A stretch of DNA of 64,000 bases from an uncultured Gemmataceae bacterium (GTDB lineage Bacteria; Planctomycetota; Planctomycetia; Gemmatales; Gemmataceae). This document shows, piece after piece, positions 38,601 through 50,184 of the stretch. Positions within the stretch are counted from its first letter, which is position 1, and each line of letters opens with the position of its first letter. A model generated the notes under the pieces. That model saw only the letters and a list, made by a program, of their open reading frames with translations. It was not told the origin of the DNA and did not search any database. Position numbers and translations under genes: made by a program. The stretch lies in NCBI GenBank assembly GCA_963750165.1, contig CAVVPN010000003.1, forward strand, positions 2,464,001 through 2,528,000, in the 5' to 3' direction.

Positions 38601-41600
38601 GTGGGATGTTGGCCAACCGCTGCTGAGCACGCTCGGCCCGGAGTTTGCCGCGGACGAGTGGGTCGGCCGGCAGCGGCAGGTGATGCTGAACGCCGAGGCG
38701 GCCTGGCGCGGCCAGCGCGGCGGCCGGGATGCGACGCTCGGCGCGGCCCTGGAGCGGTTGGCAGACCAGCTGCAACCGCAGGCCAGTCTGGTGGTGGACG
38801 CCGCGGCGCTGCAGGCCGCCGGGTTGCGTCCGGGCACGCTGTTGTCGCTGGGCCGCACGGTCGCAGCCGGCGCGGGCGAGCCGTTCTGGGAGCAACTGGA
38901 TCTGGTATATGTGCCGTGCCGGGCGGCGCCGCTGCTGACCACGCGCCGCCAGCTGGAGCAGTGGCAGGCGACCGCTGGGGCGCGGCCGGTGTCGGAGGCG
39001 ATCACCACGGCGGTGGCCGCGGCGGCGGCGCTGGGCCACGACGACTCGGGCCGCTTCCGTGCCGTGCATTTCTGGCTGCGGCACAGCGGTGTCGATCCGG
39101 AAGACGACGCGCCGCCGGCCATGACCATGTGGGAGCCGCTGGCCGGGGACGAGGCCGACACGCTGCTGGTGGTTCGCCAGGACGCCCTGTGGACGTGCGA
39201 CCTGGCGCTGACGGTGCTGCTGACATTGCTGGCCTGGCTGGCTTCGCGAACGCTGAGCGCCCGCTGGCGCTTCCGCCTGCTGCTGCTGTGGCTGGCGGTG
39301 GGCGGTCTGGCGCTGTTCTGGCTGCCGGTCGCGCTGCGGCCGCTGTGCTGGGGCCCGGCCCTGGCCGCCGTGGCGACGGCGCTGACCTGGCACTTGCACC
39401 TGGCCTGGCCGCGCCGCGCCGCACACTCGGCCCCAACCACCACCAGCAAGCGCACCGGCTCGCTGCGCAAGAGCGGCGTCGTCACGGCGGGGCTGCTGCT
39501 GCTGCTGGCCGGCGCGGCGTCGCTGTGTGGCCAGGGGCCGGCCGCCGGCGGCCCGGAGCCGCAGACGGTCCTGCTGCTGCCGCCCGGGGAGGACGGCAGC
39601 CAGACGGCCCTGGTGACACCCGAGCTGCTCAGGCGGCTGGACGACCTGGCGCAGCGGTCGCTGGCGCCGCGCGGCGCGGCGCTGCTCGGCGCCCGCTACA
39701 CCGGCCAGGTTCGGGGCGAGATCGCGCTGTTCCAGGCGGAGTTCGACGCCCTGAGTTTCGACGATAAAGCCACTCTCTTGATCCCGTTGAGCGACGTGGA
39801 GCTGGACGCGGGCGCCGAGGCGGCGCGGCTGCCGGGCCACCCGTTCGCGGAGCCCGCGTTCGCGCCGGCGCATCCCGTGGCCGCGGGACCGGGCTACGCC
39901 GTGACGCTGCGCGGCCGCGGCCGGCACGTGATCCGCCTGCGCTTCCGCGTGCGGTTGGCGGCACTGGCCGACCAGCGCGAGGTGCGCTGCGGCATCCCAA
40001 AACTGGCGCGGAGCCAGGTGGAACTGCAGCTGCTGCCCACGGCGAAGAACGCCTGGGCCGTCGCCGCCCAGGGCCGGCAGTGGGTGGAGGACCGGCGGCG
40101 TCCGCGGCTGCACGCGGACCTGGGCCGCGAGGGCTTGCTGCAATTGCGCTGGCGGCAGGACCAGCCCGGACAGCGGCCGCCCGTGGTCGCCGTGCGCGAG
40201 ACGTATTTCTGGGACCTGCGGCCCGCTTCCTTCCAGTTGACCGCCGCCCTGCAGTACACGGTCAGCAGCGGCCTGGTCGGTCACCTGGCGGTGGCGCTGC
40301 CCGAGGGCATCGAGGTGCGCGGCGTAGAGGTGAGCCCGGCGGGCAAGGTCGTCGAGGCCGCCGCGGTGCCGCGTCTCAGGAGCTGGCAGGTGGTCGGTGG
40401 GCCGCGGCAGACTGCGTGTGGAACTGCACACGCCGGTCGCCGGCCAGGTGCTACTGACGCTGAACCTGGCGCCGAAGCTGACGGGAGGGAACAACCTGGT
40501 GCGCCTGAACCTGCCGCGGCCGCTGGGGGCGACGCCCGCCGACGGGGCGCTGGCGTACCGCGTAGACGGCCTGAACGCGACCGACCGGGCCATCAAACTC
40601 GGTGTCAGCCCGGTTGGACTGGACGCCTTCGCCAAGCGTTGCCTGGCGGCTGGCCTGCGCGACGTGCCGGCGGCGACGCGGGTGTACAGTTTCAGCCGCA
40701 ACCAGCAGGGCCTCGCGGCGCTGGACCTGGCGCTGCAACCGTCGTGGCCGCAGGTGCGCCAGGACATTCACTGGCACATCCGCCCGCAGTCCGCCGACGT
40801 GCGGGCCACGCTGCACCTGACCTCCGCGGCGGAGGACATCCTGTTCGTGGACTGGGAGGTGCCGGCCGCGGTGACCGTGACCGAGGTGTCCGGCCTGCAC
40901 GTCCGCTACTGGACGCGCTTCGGCGACCGCGTGCAGGTCTGGTTGCAGCAGCCGCGCAAGGACACCACAGTGACACTGGCCGGCTGGCTGACGGATCTGA
41001 AGACGGCGCCGCCGGTGCGCTCGGCCAACCTGAACCTGCCGTGTCTGCGTGTGCCGGCCGCGGCCGCCACCGTCACGCAGCTCCGCCTGACCGCGACGCC
41101 CGGCCTGGAGGTGACGCCCGAGCGCCTGGAGAAGCTGACGGCCGTCGCCATCCCGGCCGCGCCGCCGACGCGGGTCTACACCACGCAGGAACCCGTGTAC
41201 CGGGCGGCCTTCTTCGCCCGCGCGGTGCCGCTGGCGCCGGAGGCGTACCTCCTGACCAGCGCGGAGGTCGCGGAGGGGGTGCTGTCGTTCGCCGGCGACC
41301 TGGACCTGCAGGCGCCACAGGGCGAGGCCTACACGGTCAAGGTGCGGCTGCGCGGCTGGGCCGGCGAGGCGGTCCACCTGGACGCGCCCGGCGTGGTGCA
41401 GCGCAAGGAGCAGCGTGTCGGTCAGGAGCGCGTCTGGACGTTGACGCTGCCGCCGGGAGTGGCCCGGCACCACCGGCTCAAGCTGTCGGGCCGCGTGGCG
41501 TTGGCGGGCAACGGGCCGTTTACGCCGCCGGTCGTGACGGTGGAGGGGGCGGTGCTCAAGGGCCGCTGGCTGGCGGTGGTGGGGCCGGTGCAGGTCGGCG

Positions 41601-42865
41601 CGGAGAACGGGGTGAGCCGGATCAAGCCCGCCGATGTGGCCCACGACCTGCGGCTGTGGCCGGCGGAGGCGGAGCGCGTCCGCCGCGAGGGAATGGCCTG
41701 GCGGGTGCAGCGCGACGGCTGGCAATTGCGGCTGACTGCAGGGGGCGTGCCAGGGGCGCCGGCGGTGCAGGTGCTGCTGGCCGAGCAGACCGCGGCGGTG
41801 CTGGACGGCCGGCACTGGGCGCACCAGGCGGCGTTCACGCTGTACGCCCGCGGCGGCTCGGACGTGCATTTGCTGCTGCCGACGGGGGCGCGACTGCAAC
41901 TGCTGACGGTGGACGGCGTGCCGCAGACGCCGCGGCAGCCGGAGCCGGAGCGGCTGTGGCTGCCGCTGGCCGGCGGCGACGGCGTGCGTGTGCTGCGGCT
42001 GCGCTGGGTCTACGACGAGGGCGGCGACGAGACGCTGGAGCGGCCGCTGCTGCGGACGCCGACGTTCAAGGACTTGCCGGCGGTGCCGGTGCTGTGGACG
42101 GTGGTGACGCCGGCCGGCTACCGGGCGCGGCCGGCGGCCAAGGAGACGGACGCGGCGCGCAAGGCGGGCGGCGTGGCGCAGGAGCTGGCGCGGGCGGAGG
42201 CGCAACTGCGGCTGAGTGCGTTGCTGGCGGAGCGCGGGCAGGCTGAGGGCGGCGACGCGGTGCGGGCGGCGTTGCTGGCGGCGCAGCGGCGGTTCGCCTG
42301 GCACTGCCGGGTGGCCGCCTACGAGCTGGCGCTGCACCCCGACGCGGCCGCGGGCGCGGGTCCGAAGGGACAGAGTTTGGCGGACTGGCTGGAGGCGTTG
42401 CGGCAGGAGAACGCCCGGTTCAACCGCCTGCACCTCGACGCGGAGCGGCAGGCGCCCGCGGACGCGCCCACGCCGGCGCCGCTGACGCTGCCGGATCGGG
42501 GCACACCGCAGGTCTACCAGGTAGCGCCGGGGCAGGCGCCGCGGCTGCGGCTGACGCCGGTGGCGGAGGAAGGGCTGCGGCAAGCGCTGGGCTCATCGCT
42601 GTTGCTGGCGGCGGTGCTGGCGACGATTGGGCTGCTGGCGTACCTGGGCCGCGTGGCGGCGGTGCTGCGGCAACTGCTGCCCGAGCAGTTGATTTTGCTG
42701 GCGGTGCTGGGGTGGCTGGTATTCGGCGGCAGCCTGGTGGCGGCGGTGCTGCTGCTGCTGGGCGTGGGGGCGCGGCTGGTGCTACTGGTGCGGGCGCTGC
42801 AAGGGCTGTGGCAGCGCAAGGTGCCGCCGGCACCGGCGGGTAGCAGCATTGGGTCGGCGGGGTAA
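35695..42865 (+). CDS. Giant membrane-anchored hypothetical protein (~2390 aa), frameshift near 40400-40410
   Basis: Starts MSRHAAVAVLTPLALL 5 nt after the previous stop; internal TM cluster ~39190-39530; continues in ORF 40397-42865, which ends in TM helices. Confidence 0.7.
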
Positions 42866-42894
42866 TACCGAGTCGCCATGAATTCTCTTGAGCC

Positions 42895-42944
42895 CCGGAG
42901 GGCGGCATACGGTAGCCCCTGGCTACCGTATGCCGCCCCTCCGG
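42895..42944. repeat. Palindromic REP-like element / possible bidirectional terminator
   Basis: ccggagggcggcatacggtagcc ... ggctaccgtatgccgcccctccgg, between convergent genes. Confidence 0.7.
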
Positions 42945-43038
42945 CGCAGGCAAGAATGTCCAGGGCGATTCGGTATAACACGTGCGGGGTTTTCTTCGGA
43001 GCGGCTGCGGGCCCTTTCCCTTGCGATCATCCATCTCG

Positions 43039-43401
43039 TTATTGAATATTGACATCCTTGGATTGGGAAACCGCTCCGCCGCCCGGGGGCGTGACAACTG
43101 CGAGCAAGATGGCCGTGGGTGAGTCAGTATGCAACGCCCCCGAGTCGTTGCCATGCGAACCGTTGGGATCTGGGAATTTCACCACCCAATTAAATTTGGT
43201 GTTGTCAGGCCAACTGCCGGGCACAACGCAATCGGGGGTGTTGTCCAATGGGTAAATGACGATGCCAAGGATTCCCCAGCCGTCAGTCGTCTCGGGACGC
43301 TGCTCATTGGAAAAGATGACTTGCCCCGTCGCAGGATACCAGGTACCGTCAGAAGTCCACGTAGCGGTGGGCGGGGTGTTGATCTTGTTGGTGATTGTCA
43401 T
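43039..43401 (-). CDS. Hypothetical protein (lower GC) downstream of the kinase
   Basis: RBS GGAGGA; 120 aa. Confidence 0.6.
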   Translation of the reverse strand: MTITNKINTPPTATWTSDGTWYPATGQVIFSNEQRPETTDGWGILGIVIYPLDNTPDCVVPGSWPDNTKFNWVVKFPDPNGSHGNDSGALHTDSPTAILLAVVTPPGGGAVSQSKDVNIQ

Positions 43402-43419
43402 GAACCATTCCTCCAGGAA

Positions 43420-45498
43420 TTAAGGGGGGGTTCCCAGCGGTTGCAACGTGACCCGCCGGAAGGATGCTTCGCCTTGGTTTATCAAGAGCCCAAGTCCACC
43501 TTGGGGAGCCAACTCAAAAACCACGTCGTGCAATTCTTTGAACTTTTTTTTGTATTTATTGTAAGCGTCGGCGTGTTTGCGGAGTTGCTGTGGGGTGCCG
43601 GTGGCGAACGCTTCCGTCTTTTCGGGAGTCGCTCCCCAGGAAGCCCGCACCGCGTCCGGAGTCACCTCCAGCACCAACTCCCGCCAGGGCACCTCATCAA
43701 CGAGCGGATTGACCGCCTCAAAGGGTTTGTACGGTTGGATCACAGCGGTCTTGCTTAGCCCAAACCGCCGCAGTTCCAGGTAATGCGCTATCAGCTCCAC
43801 GCGGCTTTGCGCCGGTCCCTTTTTCGATTTGACATGGTTCCATTCCTTGTAGGTCAAGGTGATGTACGACAGCCGTTCCGGTTCGCCGACCTGATGGTGC
43901 GTGCGGCGGCTACAATAAATCCCGACCTCGCCGCCGCCAAAACGCCCGTCGTGCCGGACCTGGGCGCTAAACCGATACCGGGTCAGGTTGGCCGCTGCGG
44001 GATACGGGAATTCGATCAGGGTCAGCTTGGTGGTACTGACAGTGAACACCCGATCCGAATCGGTGGAAATCAAGGTCTTCTCTTTTCCCCGAGCCCACTC
44101 GAAGTACCCCGGCGGCCCCGTCTCGCCGATTAGCTCGACCTGCTGGTCTTTCTTCAACCGCTCCACCACGTCGTCGCGCATGCGCTGCGGATCGGACCAG
44201 TAAGCCGTCCAGGCCGTGAAGCCCCAAATGCCCCCGAGGGCGCCGAGGAGCAGACTCACCAACCCCACCGCCGCCGTGTGCCGTCGTACCCATTTGAGCG
44301 ACTTGCCCACCCAGGTGATCCGCCGCGCCAGGATCGGCTTGCCGTCCAGAAAACGCCGCAGATCGTCCGCCAACGCCGCGGCACTGGCGTAGCGCTGGGC
44401 CGGTTCCTTTTCCAGACACATCAGACAGATGGCCTGCAAATCGCGGTGGATCCGCGGCCTGGTTTTCCGCGCAAACCGGGGTTCGTGGGTCGTGATCTGG
44501 TGCAGATACTCCTTCAGCGTCGCACCCGTGAACGGCGGCTGGCCGGTCAGCAGTTCATAAAGGATCGCCCCCAGGGCATGCACGTCGGTCCGGACGCTGA
44601 TGTCGGTGCCGCGGCCGGTCGTTTGTTCGGGGGCCATGTACGCCAGCGTACCCACGATAGCGCCGAACTGCGTCAGGTCCATGCTGTCGTCCAGGCGTTT
44701 CGCCAGGCCGAAGTCGGTGATCTTGAGCGCGCCATCCGCCGCCAGCAAGACGTTGCCCGGCTTGAGATCGCGGTGTATCACTTCGCGCTGGTGAATGGCC
44801 TGCACGGTCCGCGCCAGCACCTCCATCTGTTCCGCGGCATGGCGCGGCGTCAGGCGTGCCACTTTCAGTTGTTTGGCCAGGCTCCCCCCCGCCAGGTACT
44901 CCATCGCGAAGAAGGGCAGGCCGTCCTGTTCGCTCACCTCATAAATCTGCACGACGTTAGGGTGCTGCAAGAGCCCCATGGTCCGGGTCTCGCGCAGGAA
45001 GCGCTCCTTCTCGTCGGGCGTGGCGAACGCGCCGTCGCGCATCATTTTGAGGGCGACCAGCGGCCGGGCCGGCGGCTTGACCTGACGCGCCAGGTAAACC
45101 ACGCCCATGGCGCCCTGGCCCAACTTCTCAAGAATCTCATAGCCCACGAACACCGGGATGCCCGTGATGGTGGCGTGGCCATTGATCGGGGGCATGTCGG
45201 CGGTGGCCGGCACCACCTCCGCAAAAATCGGCGGCACCAGTTCCTTGTGCTCGGGGAACCGGCTGGTGTACTCCTCCAGGTGCGGCGTGTCGCCGCTGCG
45301 GCAACGGTAGGTCAACTCCAGTGCCAGCAGTTCTTGAAACAGCAGCGGCCGGGCGGTGTCGTCCACCTCGCCGAGGTAGGTTTCCAGTTGCGGCGCCGCA
45401 CCGGACTGCCAGGCGGTCTCGAAGCGCAGGCAAACGGCATCGACCCGGTGCCGCACTGCCAGCGGCCACTCCACGCGGGCTGGGGCCGGCTCATTCAC
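43420..45498 (-). CDS. Ser/Thr protein kinase with TM segment and extracytoplasmic domain
   Basis: LGQGAMGVVY, VALK, HRDLKPGN, DFG, YMAPEQ; overlaps the ECF gene stop. Confidence 0.95.
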   Translation of the reverse strand: MNEPAPARVEWPLAVRHRVDAVCLRFETAWQSGAAPQLETYLGEVDDTARPLLFQELLALELTYRCRSGDTPHLEEYTSRFPEHKELVPPIFAEVVPATADMPPINGHATITGIPVFVGYEILEKLGQGAMGVVYLARQVKPPARPLVALKMMRDGAFATPDEKERFLRETRTMGLLQHPNVVQIYEVSEQDGLPFFAMEYLAGGSLAKQLKVARLTPRHAAEQMEVLARTVQAIHQREVIHRDLKPGNVLLAADGALKITDFGLAKRLDDSMDLTQFGAIVGTLAYMAPEQTTGRGTDISVRTDVHALGAILYELLTGQPPFTGATLKEYLHQITTHEPRFARKTRPRIHRDLQAICLMCLEKEPAQRYASAAALADDLRRFLDGKPILARRITWVGKSLKWVRRHTAAVGLVSLLLGALGGIWGFTAWTAYWSDPQRMRDDVVERLKKDQQVELIGETGPPGYFEWARGKEKTLISTDSDRVFTVSTTKLTLIEFPYPAAANLTRYRFSAQVRHDGRFGGGEVGIYCSRRTHHQVGEPERLSYITLTYKEWNHVKSKKGPAQSRVELIAHYLELRRFGLSKTAVIQPYKPFEAVNPLVDEVPWRELVLEVTPDAVRASWGATPEKTEAFATGTPQQLRKHADAYNKYKKKFKELHDVVFELAPQGGLGLLINQGEASFRRVTLQPLGTPP

Positions 45499-46076
45499 GA
45501 CACGCCCTCCTGTTCCCAGTGATCGCGGATCAGTTGCAGGCGGCGCTTGACGGTGCGCGTCACGCAGTTCATGCGGATAGCGATTTCGTCGAGGGTGTAG
45601 CCTTCCATTCGCCAGATGGCCAGTTGGCGCAGGTCGTCGCCCGGCAGCAGGTCCAGCAGGCGCCGGTACTCCTCGGCCACCTCGGCGGCGAAGTCCGGCG
45701 ACGGTTCGTCGCCCAGCACGCGCTGCAGTTCCTCGTCGGACACCTCGTGCCTCCGTCCTCCGCCCCGCTTGCGGGACTGCTCGCCGCGCAGAACATCAAT
45801 GGCCTTGTGGGCGGTGTTGACGACGAGCCACTGCCACAGGCCGTCGCGGTCGCTGAGTTGGGGCAGAGCGCCTCGGGCGGCGTCGCGGCAGAAACGATCA
45901 AAGACGCTGAGGGCCACGTCCTCGCCGTTCACGGGGGCGCGCGGGGCGTCGCGCAGGCGTTTGCCGGCCAGGAGTACCAGGCGGTGGAAGTAGCGTTCCC
46001 AGAGTGGTTGGGCGGCGGTGGCGTCGCCGGCCTTCAGCTGACCGATCCAGTGCGTGACGGAGCCTGGGGACGACAT
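45495..46076 (-). CDS. ECF-type RNA polymerase sigma factor (planctomycete kinase-linked type)
   Basis: GSVTHWIGQLKAGD..AAQPLWERYF, EDVALSVF, MEGYTLDEIA..RTVKRRL. Confidence 0.9.
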   Translation of the reverse strand: MSSPGSVTHWIGQLKAGDATAAQPLWERYFHRLVLLAGKRLRDAPRAPVNGEDVALSVFDRFCRDAARGALPQLSDRDGLWQWLVVNTAHKAIDVLRGEQSRKRGGGRRHEVSDEELQRVLGDEPSPDFAAEVAEEYRRLLDLLPGDDLRQLAIWRMEGYTLDEIAIRMNCVTRTVKRRLQLIRDHWEQEGVS

Positions 46077-46466
46077 CGGCAGGCCCATTCGACGGTGGAA
46101 GGAATTTTGGTAAGTGATGGTAATCATATAACGTCCTCCCCTGGGCCGCAATTCTTTACTGATTAAAAAAATATCAGAACGTGGGCGGACCAAACGGACA
46201 GCGACACTTGAATGCAGCACCTCGATTGAGAATCTGGACGAACCGACCGGTGACCGCAAGAGAAGGGAAGGGCGGATCGGCATCCCGCGCTTCCACTTCC
46301 CCGCAGTGCCATCCACCAGGTAAACGGAAACAGCGTCCGCGCGGGGACAGGCGGGACGAAAAAAATGTTCTCTTGAAACGGGAGGCATCGCCGTGAAGGA
46401 ACCCAAGCCGATGCGGCGTTTCTTAACCAGGGGGCGTACCGCGGGAACTGGCGGCGGCGTAACCGG

Positions 46467-47021
46467 CTACTCCTCAAAATCGTACTTCTCGAACAGCTTG
46501 CGGAACTGCGGGTCCGTCTCGATGTCGCCGAATTCCTTCAGCCAGCGCTGCGTCTCTGCGTCGCTCAGGCCGTCGCGCTTCTCCGGCGCCTCCGGTGGCC
46601 GCTGCCGGCGCCGGCGCTGCAAGCGTTCCAGTTCTTCCAGGAATTCGCCACAGCCCTGGGCGACGCACTGCCGCCGGCTGGCGGCGCGCTGCACCCGGTG
46701 ATCGTCCGACACCACCGTCAGCTGCTTCGGCGTCGAACTCTTGCGGATCAGTTCCTCGATCAGGTCGTCCGCCTCGTCCTGGCGGACGGCAAACTGGACC
46801 TCAATGGCGTGGAAGTGTTGATTGCCGTCGGCCCAGCGCAGCGCGCCGGCGGCGTCGAAGACAACGGTGACGTGCGGGCCGTCGCCGCCGAAGGTGTGGT
46901 GCAGTAACGACAGCAGCCGCAGACGCGCCTGCTCCAGGCGGCCGGGCGGAGCGACCTTGCCCTCCAGCAGCCCCATCGCGTACACAAGGTTGTAGCCGTC
47001 GATCAGATAGCCAGCGCTCAT
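46467..47021 (-). CDS. NYN (YacP-like) domain protein
   Basis: YLIDGYNL, VVFDA, ADDLIEEL, VVSDDH. Confidence 0.85.
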   Translation of the reverse strand: MSAGYLIDGYNLVYAMGLLEGKVAPPGRLEQARLRLLSLLHHTFGGDGPHVTVVFDAAGALRWADGNQHFHAIEVQFAVRQDEADDLIEELIRKSSTPKQLTVVSDDHRVQRAASRRQCVAQGCGEFLEELERLQRRRRQRPPEAPEKRDGLSDAETQRWLKEFGDIETDPQFRKLFEKYDFEE

Positions 47022-47083
47022 GGCGGCGCCCGCGGGTAGTGCCTGTGGATTCCGGCCTCGCCCCCACAGTACATTCTATCCGG

Positions 47084-48373
47084 TCAACCGCTGAACCGCT
47101 GCATCACCAGCGCCGCGTTCTGGCCGCCGAAGCCGAAACTCGTGGACAGGGCCGTGCGCACCGGCTCCTCGCGGGCGGTGTTCGGCACGTAATCCAGGTC
47201 GCACTCCGGGTCCGGCTGCGTCTGGTTGATGGTCGGCGGCAGCGCCCCGTCCTTGAGCGTCAGCGCCAGTGCCACCGCCTCGACCGCGCCCGCCGCGCCG
47301 ATCAGGTGCCCCACCATCGACTTGATCGACGACATCGGCAGCGACCGCGCCCCTTCACCGAAGACGCGCTTGACCGCCGCCGTCTCCATCAGGTCGTTCA
47401 AGCGCGTGCTGGTGCCGTGGGCGTTGATGTAGTCCACGTCGTGGACATCCACCCGGGCGTCGCGCAGCGCCGCGGAGATGGCCCGCGCCGCGCCCCGGGC
47501 TTCCGGATCCGGCTTCGTCACCGCGTAGGCGTCGAAGCTGCTGCCCGAACCCAGCACCTCCGCGTAAATGGTCGCGCCGCGCCGTTTGGCGTGCTCCAGT
47601 TCCTCCAGCAGCAGCACGCCGGCGCCTTCGCCAAGCACGAAGCCGTCGCGACGACCGTCGAAGGGCCGCGACACCTCCGAGGGCGGCCGGTCGCCACGGC
47701 TCAGCGCCCCCAGCGCCGTGTACGCCAGAATCAACAGCGGGTCGATGCGGCTGTCAGCGCCGCCGGCCAGCACCAGGTCGGCCTCGTCGCGCTGAATCAG
47801 GCGCATGCCCTCGCCGACCGCCTGGGTGCCGGCGGCGCAGGCGGTGGTGATGGTGTTGTTTGGCCCCTGGGCGTTCAGCGCCATCGAGATGTGTGCTGCC
47901 ACCATGTTCGGCAGATACTTCAAAATCCACAGCGGGAACAGCGCGGAGGCGCCGCACTGACCCAGGCGCGTCGTCTGCAACCGACCCTGATCGTCGGCGG
48001 CCGCGACCAGCGCGGGCGTCAACTCCGGCAGGTCCACCGGCACCAGGCCGGTGCCCATGACGACGCCGATGCGCTCCGGGTTGACGCGGGCCAGTTCCAG
48101 ACCGCTGTCCTGCACGGCCAGGCCGGCGGCGCCGACAGCGAAGCGCATGGCCCGGCTCATGATCTTCAGGCCCTTGCGCTGCGCCGGCGGCACAAAGGGC
48201 AGCACGTCAAAGTTCTTGACCTCCGCGGCGATCTTGACGGGATGTTCCGAAGCATCGAAACTGCGGATTGGTCCGACGCCGCTGCGACCGTTCAGGCAGG
48301 CAGACCAGAACGCCTCCCGACCCACGCCGTTCGGGGCGACCACTCCCAAACCCGTGACCACGACCCGACGCAT
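47084..48373 (-). CDS. fabF: Beta-ketoacyl-ACP synthase II family
   Basis: RRVVVTGLG, TTACAAG, YINAHGTST, KSMVGHLIGAAG, SFGFGGQN. Confidence 0.9.
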   Translation of the reverse strand: MRRVVVTGLGVVAPNGVGREAFWSACLNGRSGVGPIRSFDASEHPVKIAAEVKNFDVLPFVPPAQRKGLKIMSRAMRFAVGAAGLAVQDSGLELARVNPERIGVVMGTGLVPVDLPELTPALVAAADDQGRLQTTRLGQCGASALFPLWILKYLPNMVAAHISMALNAQGPNNTITTACAAGTQAVGEGMRLIQRDEADLVLAGGADSRIDPLLILAYTALGALSRGDRPPSEVSRPFDGRRDGFVLGEGAGVLLLEELEHAKRRGATIYAEVLGSGSSFDAYAVTKPDPEARGAARAISAALRDARVDVHDVDYINAHGTSTRLNDLMETAAVKRVFGEGARSLPMSSIKSMVGHLIGAAGAVEAVALALTLKDGALPPTINQTQPDPECDLDYVPNTAREEPVRTALSTSFGFGGQNAALVMQRFSG

Positions 48374-48746
48374 GACTGACTCGTGTTTTAGGGGCCTATA
48401 ACGGTGAACCCTCCCTGGCCAGCGCAAGTGCCGTATCGGGTCGTACTTGACCAGACTACCCAAATTTACTAGCCGCCTTAAATTTAATGGAGAAGGGAAC
48501 CTGGAATCAATGGCGCCTGCACAGAAACCGGGCTGCCCCGGGGCAAATTCTTGGAGTTGTACGGAACGGACGGCTTTTTCGGAGCGTGGCGACCGGCGGC
48601 AAAATCTCCTGGTAATTCGCGCGGGCAGCCGTTACATTGGGACTACTGGGCAGCAACGCCAGCCTGCGCGGCGCGGCACGGGTCGCGCATCCACTCTCCT
48701 ACCTGCAGCGCACACCGCTCCGTCCGGGAGCGCGGGAGTTCCAACC

Positions 48747-50156
48747 ATGCTCAGCCTGAACGGCGGTCCGACCCGCTTGTGTGACGGCATCACCCGCCGC
48801 GATTTCCTGCAGCTCGGCTCCATCGGCGCCCTCGGCCTGAGCCTGCCGCAACTGCTGCGCGCCGACGCCCAACCCACCACGGGACGGCCGCGCCGCCGGG
48901 CCACAAGTTGCATTCTGTTCTTCCTTCTGGGCGGCCAGAGTCAGCTGGAAACCTTCGACATGAAGCCCAACGCTCCGGACAGCATCCGCGGTGAATTCCG
49001 GCCCATCGCCACGACCGTGCCGGGCATCACCGTCTGCGAACACATGCCGCGGTTGTCGCGCCAGGCCCACATCTTCGGCCAGATTCGTTCGATGACACAT
49101 CGGGCCTCGAACCACAACCCGGGCGTCTATTACGCCCTGACCGGGGTGCCGCCGGCGCGCGATATCGTTGCCCTGGCCACCTCGCCGGACGACTACCCGC
49201 ACCCGGGCTCGGTGGTGTCGCGTTTCCTGCCGGCGACGCGGCCGGTGCCGACGTTCGTGCAGCTGTCCCCACCGCTGGTCGGCGACGCCAACACGCAGGT
49301 GGCGGGCCAGAACGCTGGCTTCCTCAGCGCCGCCTACGACCCGCTCAAGGTGACCGGCGACCCCAATGAGCCGGACTTCGCCGTGGAGGAGCTGGCCCTG
49401 CCGGCGCCGGTTACGAATCAACGCCTGGACCGCCGCCGGTCGCTGCTGCGCACAGTCGAGGAGGAATTCCCGCTGGTCAACGAGCTGCCGGAACTGGACC
49501 GCATGTCCACGTACTACCGGCGGGCGTACCAGCTGGTCACGTCGCCGGAGGCGCGGCGCGCGTTTGACCTTCGCCAGGAGCCGGCCCGGCTGCGCGACCG
49601 CTACGGCCGCAACACGTTCGGCCAGTCGCTGCTGCTGGCGCGGCGACTGGTCGAGGCGGGCGTGCGGCTGACGACGGTGTACTGGGGCGGCGCCCTCAAC
49701 AGCCCCGACGACTACTGGGACACGCACCGCGGCAACATCCCCAAGCAGCGCGACAAGCTACTGCCGCTGTGGGACCAGTGTTTGTCGGCACTGCTGGAGG
49801 ACCTGGAGACGCGCGGCCTGCTGGAATCGACCCTGGTCATCAGCATGGGCGAGTTCGGCCGCACGCCGCGCATCGGCCAGGTATCGGTGAACGCCGGCAC
49901 CGACGCCACGGGCCGCGATCACTGGCCGAACTGCTACACGATCATGCTCGCCGGCGGCGGCGTCCGCGGCGGTGCCGTCGTGGGCCGCTCGGACCAGTAC
50001 ACCGCCTACCCGACGGAGCGGCCGACCGCACCGGAGGATTTGATTGCGACGATTTACCACGCCCTGGGCATGGACACCGAGGGCGAGCTGCGCGACCGCC
50101 TGAACCGGCCGCTGCCGATCACGCGCGGCCATCCGGTCACGGAATTGTTTGCTTGA
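48747..50156 (+). CDS. DUF1501 protein (Tat-like N-terminus)
   Basis: TRRDFLQLG, GGQSQLETFDMKP, LLARRLVEAGV, WDTH, GEFGRTP, GRDHWP. Confidence 0.9.
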   Translation: MLSLNGGPTRLCDGITRRDFLQLGSIGALGLSLPQLLRADAQPTTGRPRRRATSCILFFLLGGQSQLETFDMKPNAPDSIRGEFRPIATTVPGITVCEHMPRLSRQAHIFGQIRSMTHRASNHNPGVYYALTGVPPARDIVALATSPDDYPHPGSVVSRFLPATRPVPTFVQLSPPLVGDANTQVAGQNAGFLSAAYDPLKVTGDPNEPDFAVEELALPAPVTNQRLDRRRSLLRTVEEEFPLVNELPELDRMSTYYRRAYQLVTSPEARRAFDLRQEPARLRDRYGRNTFGQSLLLARRLVEAGVRLTTVYWGGALNSPDDYWDTHRGNIPKQRDKLLPLWDQCLSALLEDLETRGLLESTLVISMGEFGRTPRIGQVSVNAGTDATGRDHWPNCYTIMLAGGGVRGGAVVGRSDQYTAYPTERPTAPEDLIATIYHALGMDTEGELRDRLNRPLPITRGHPVTELFA

Positions 50157-50184
50157 GGGAGGCTTCGGCGAAGCGGAGGTGGTA

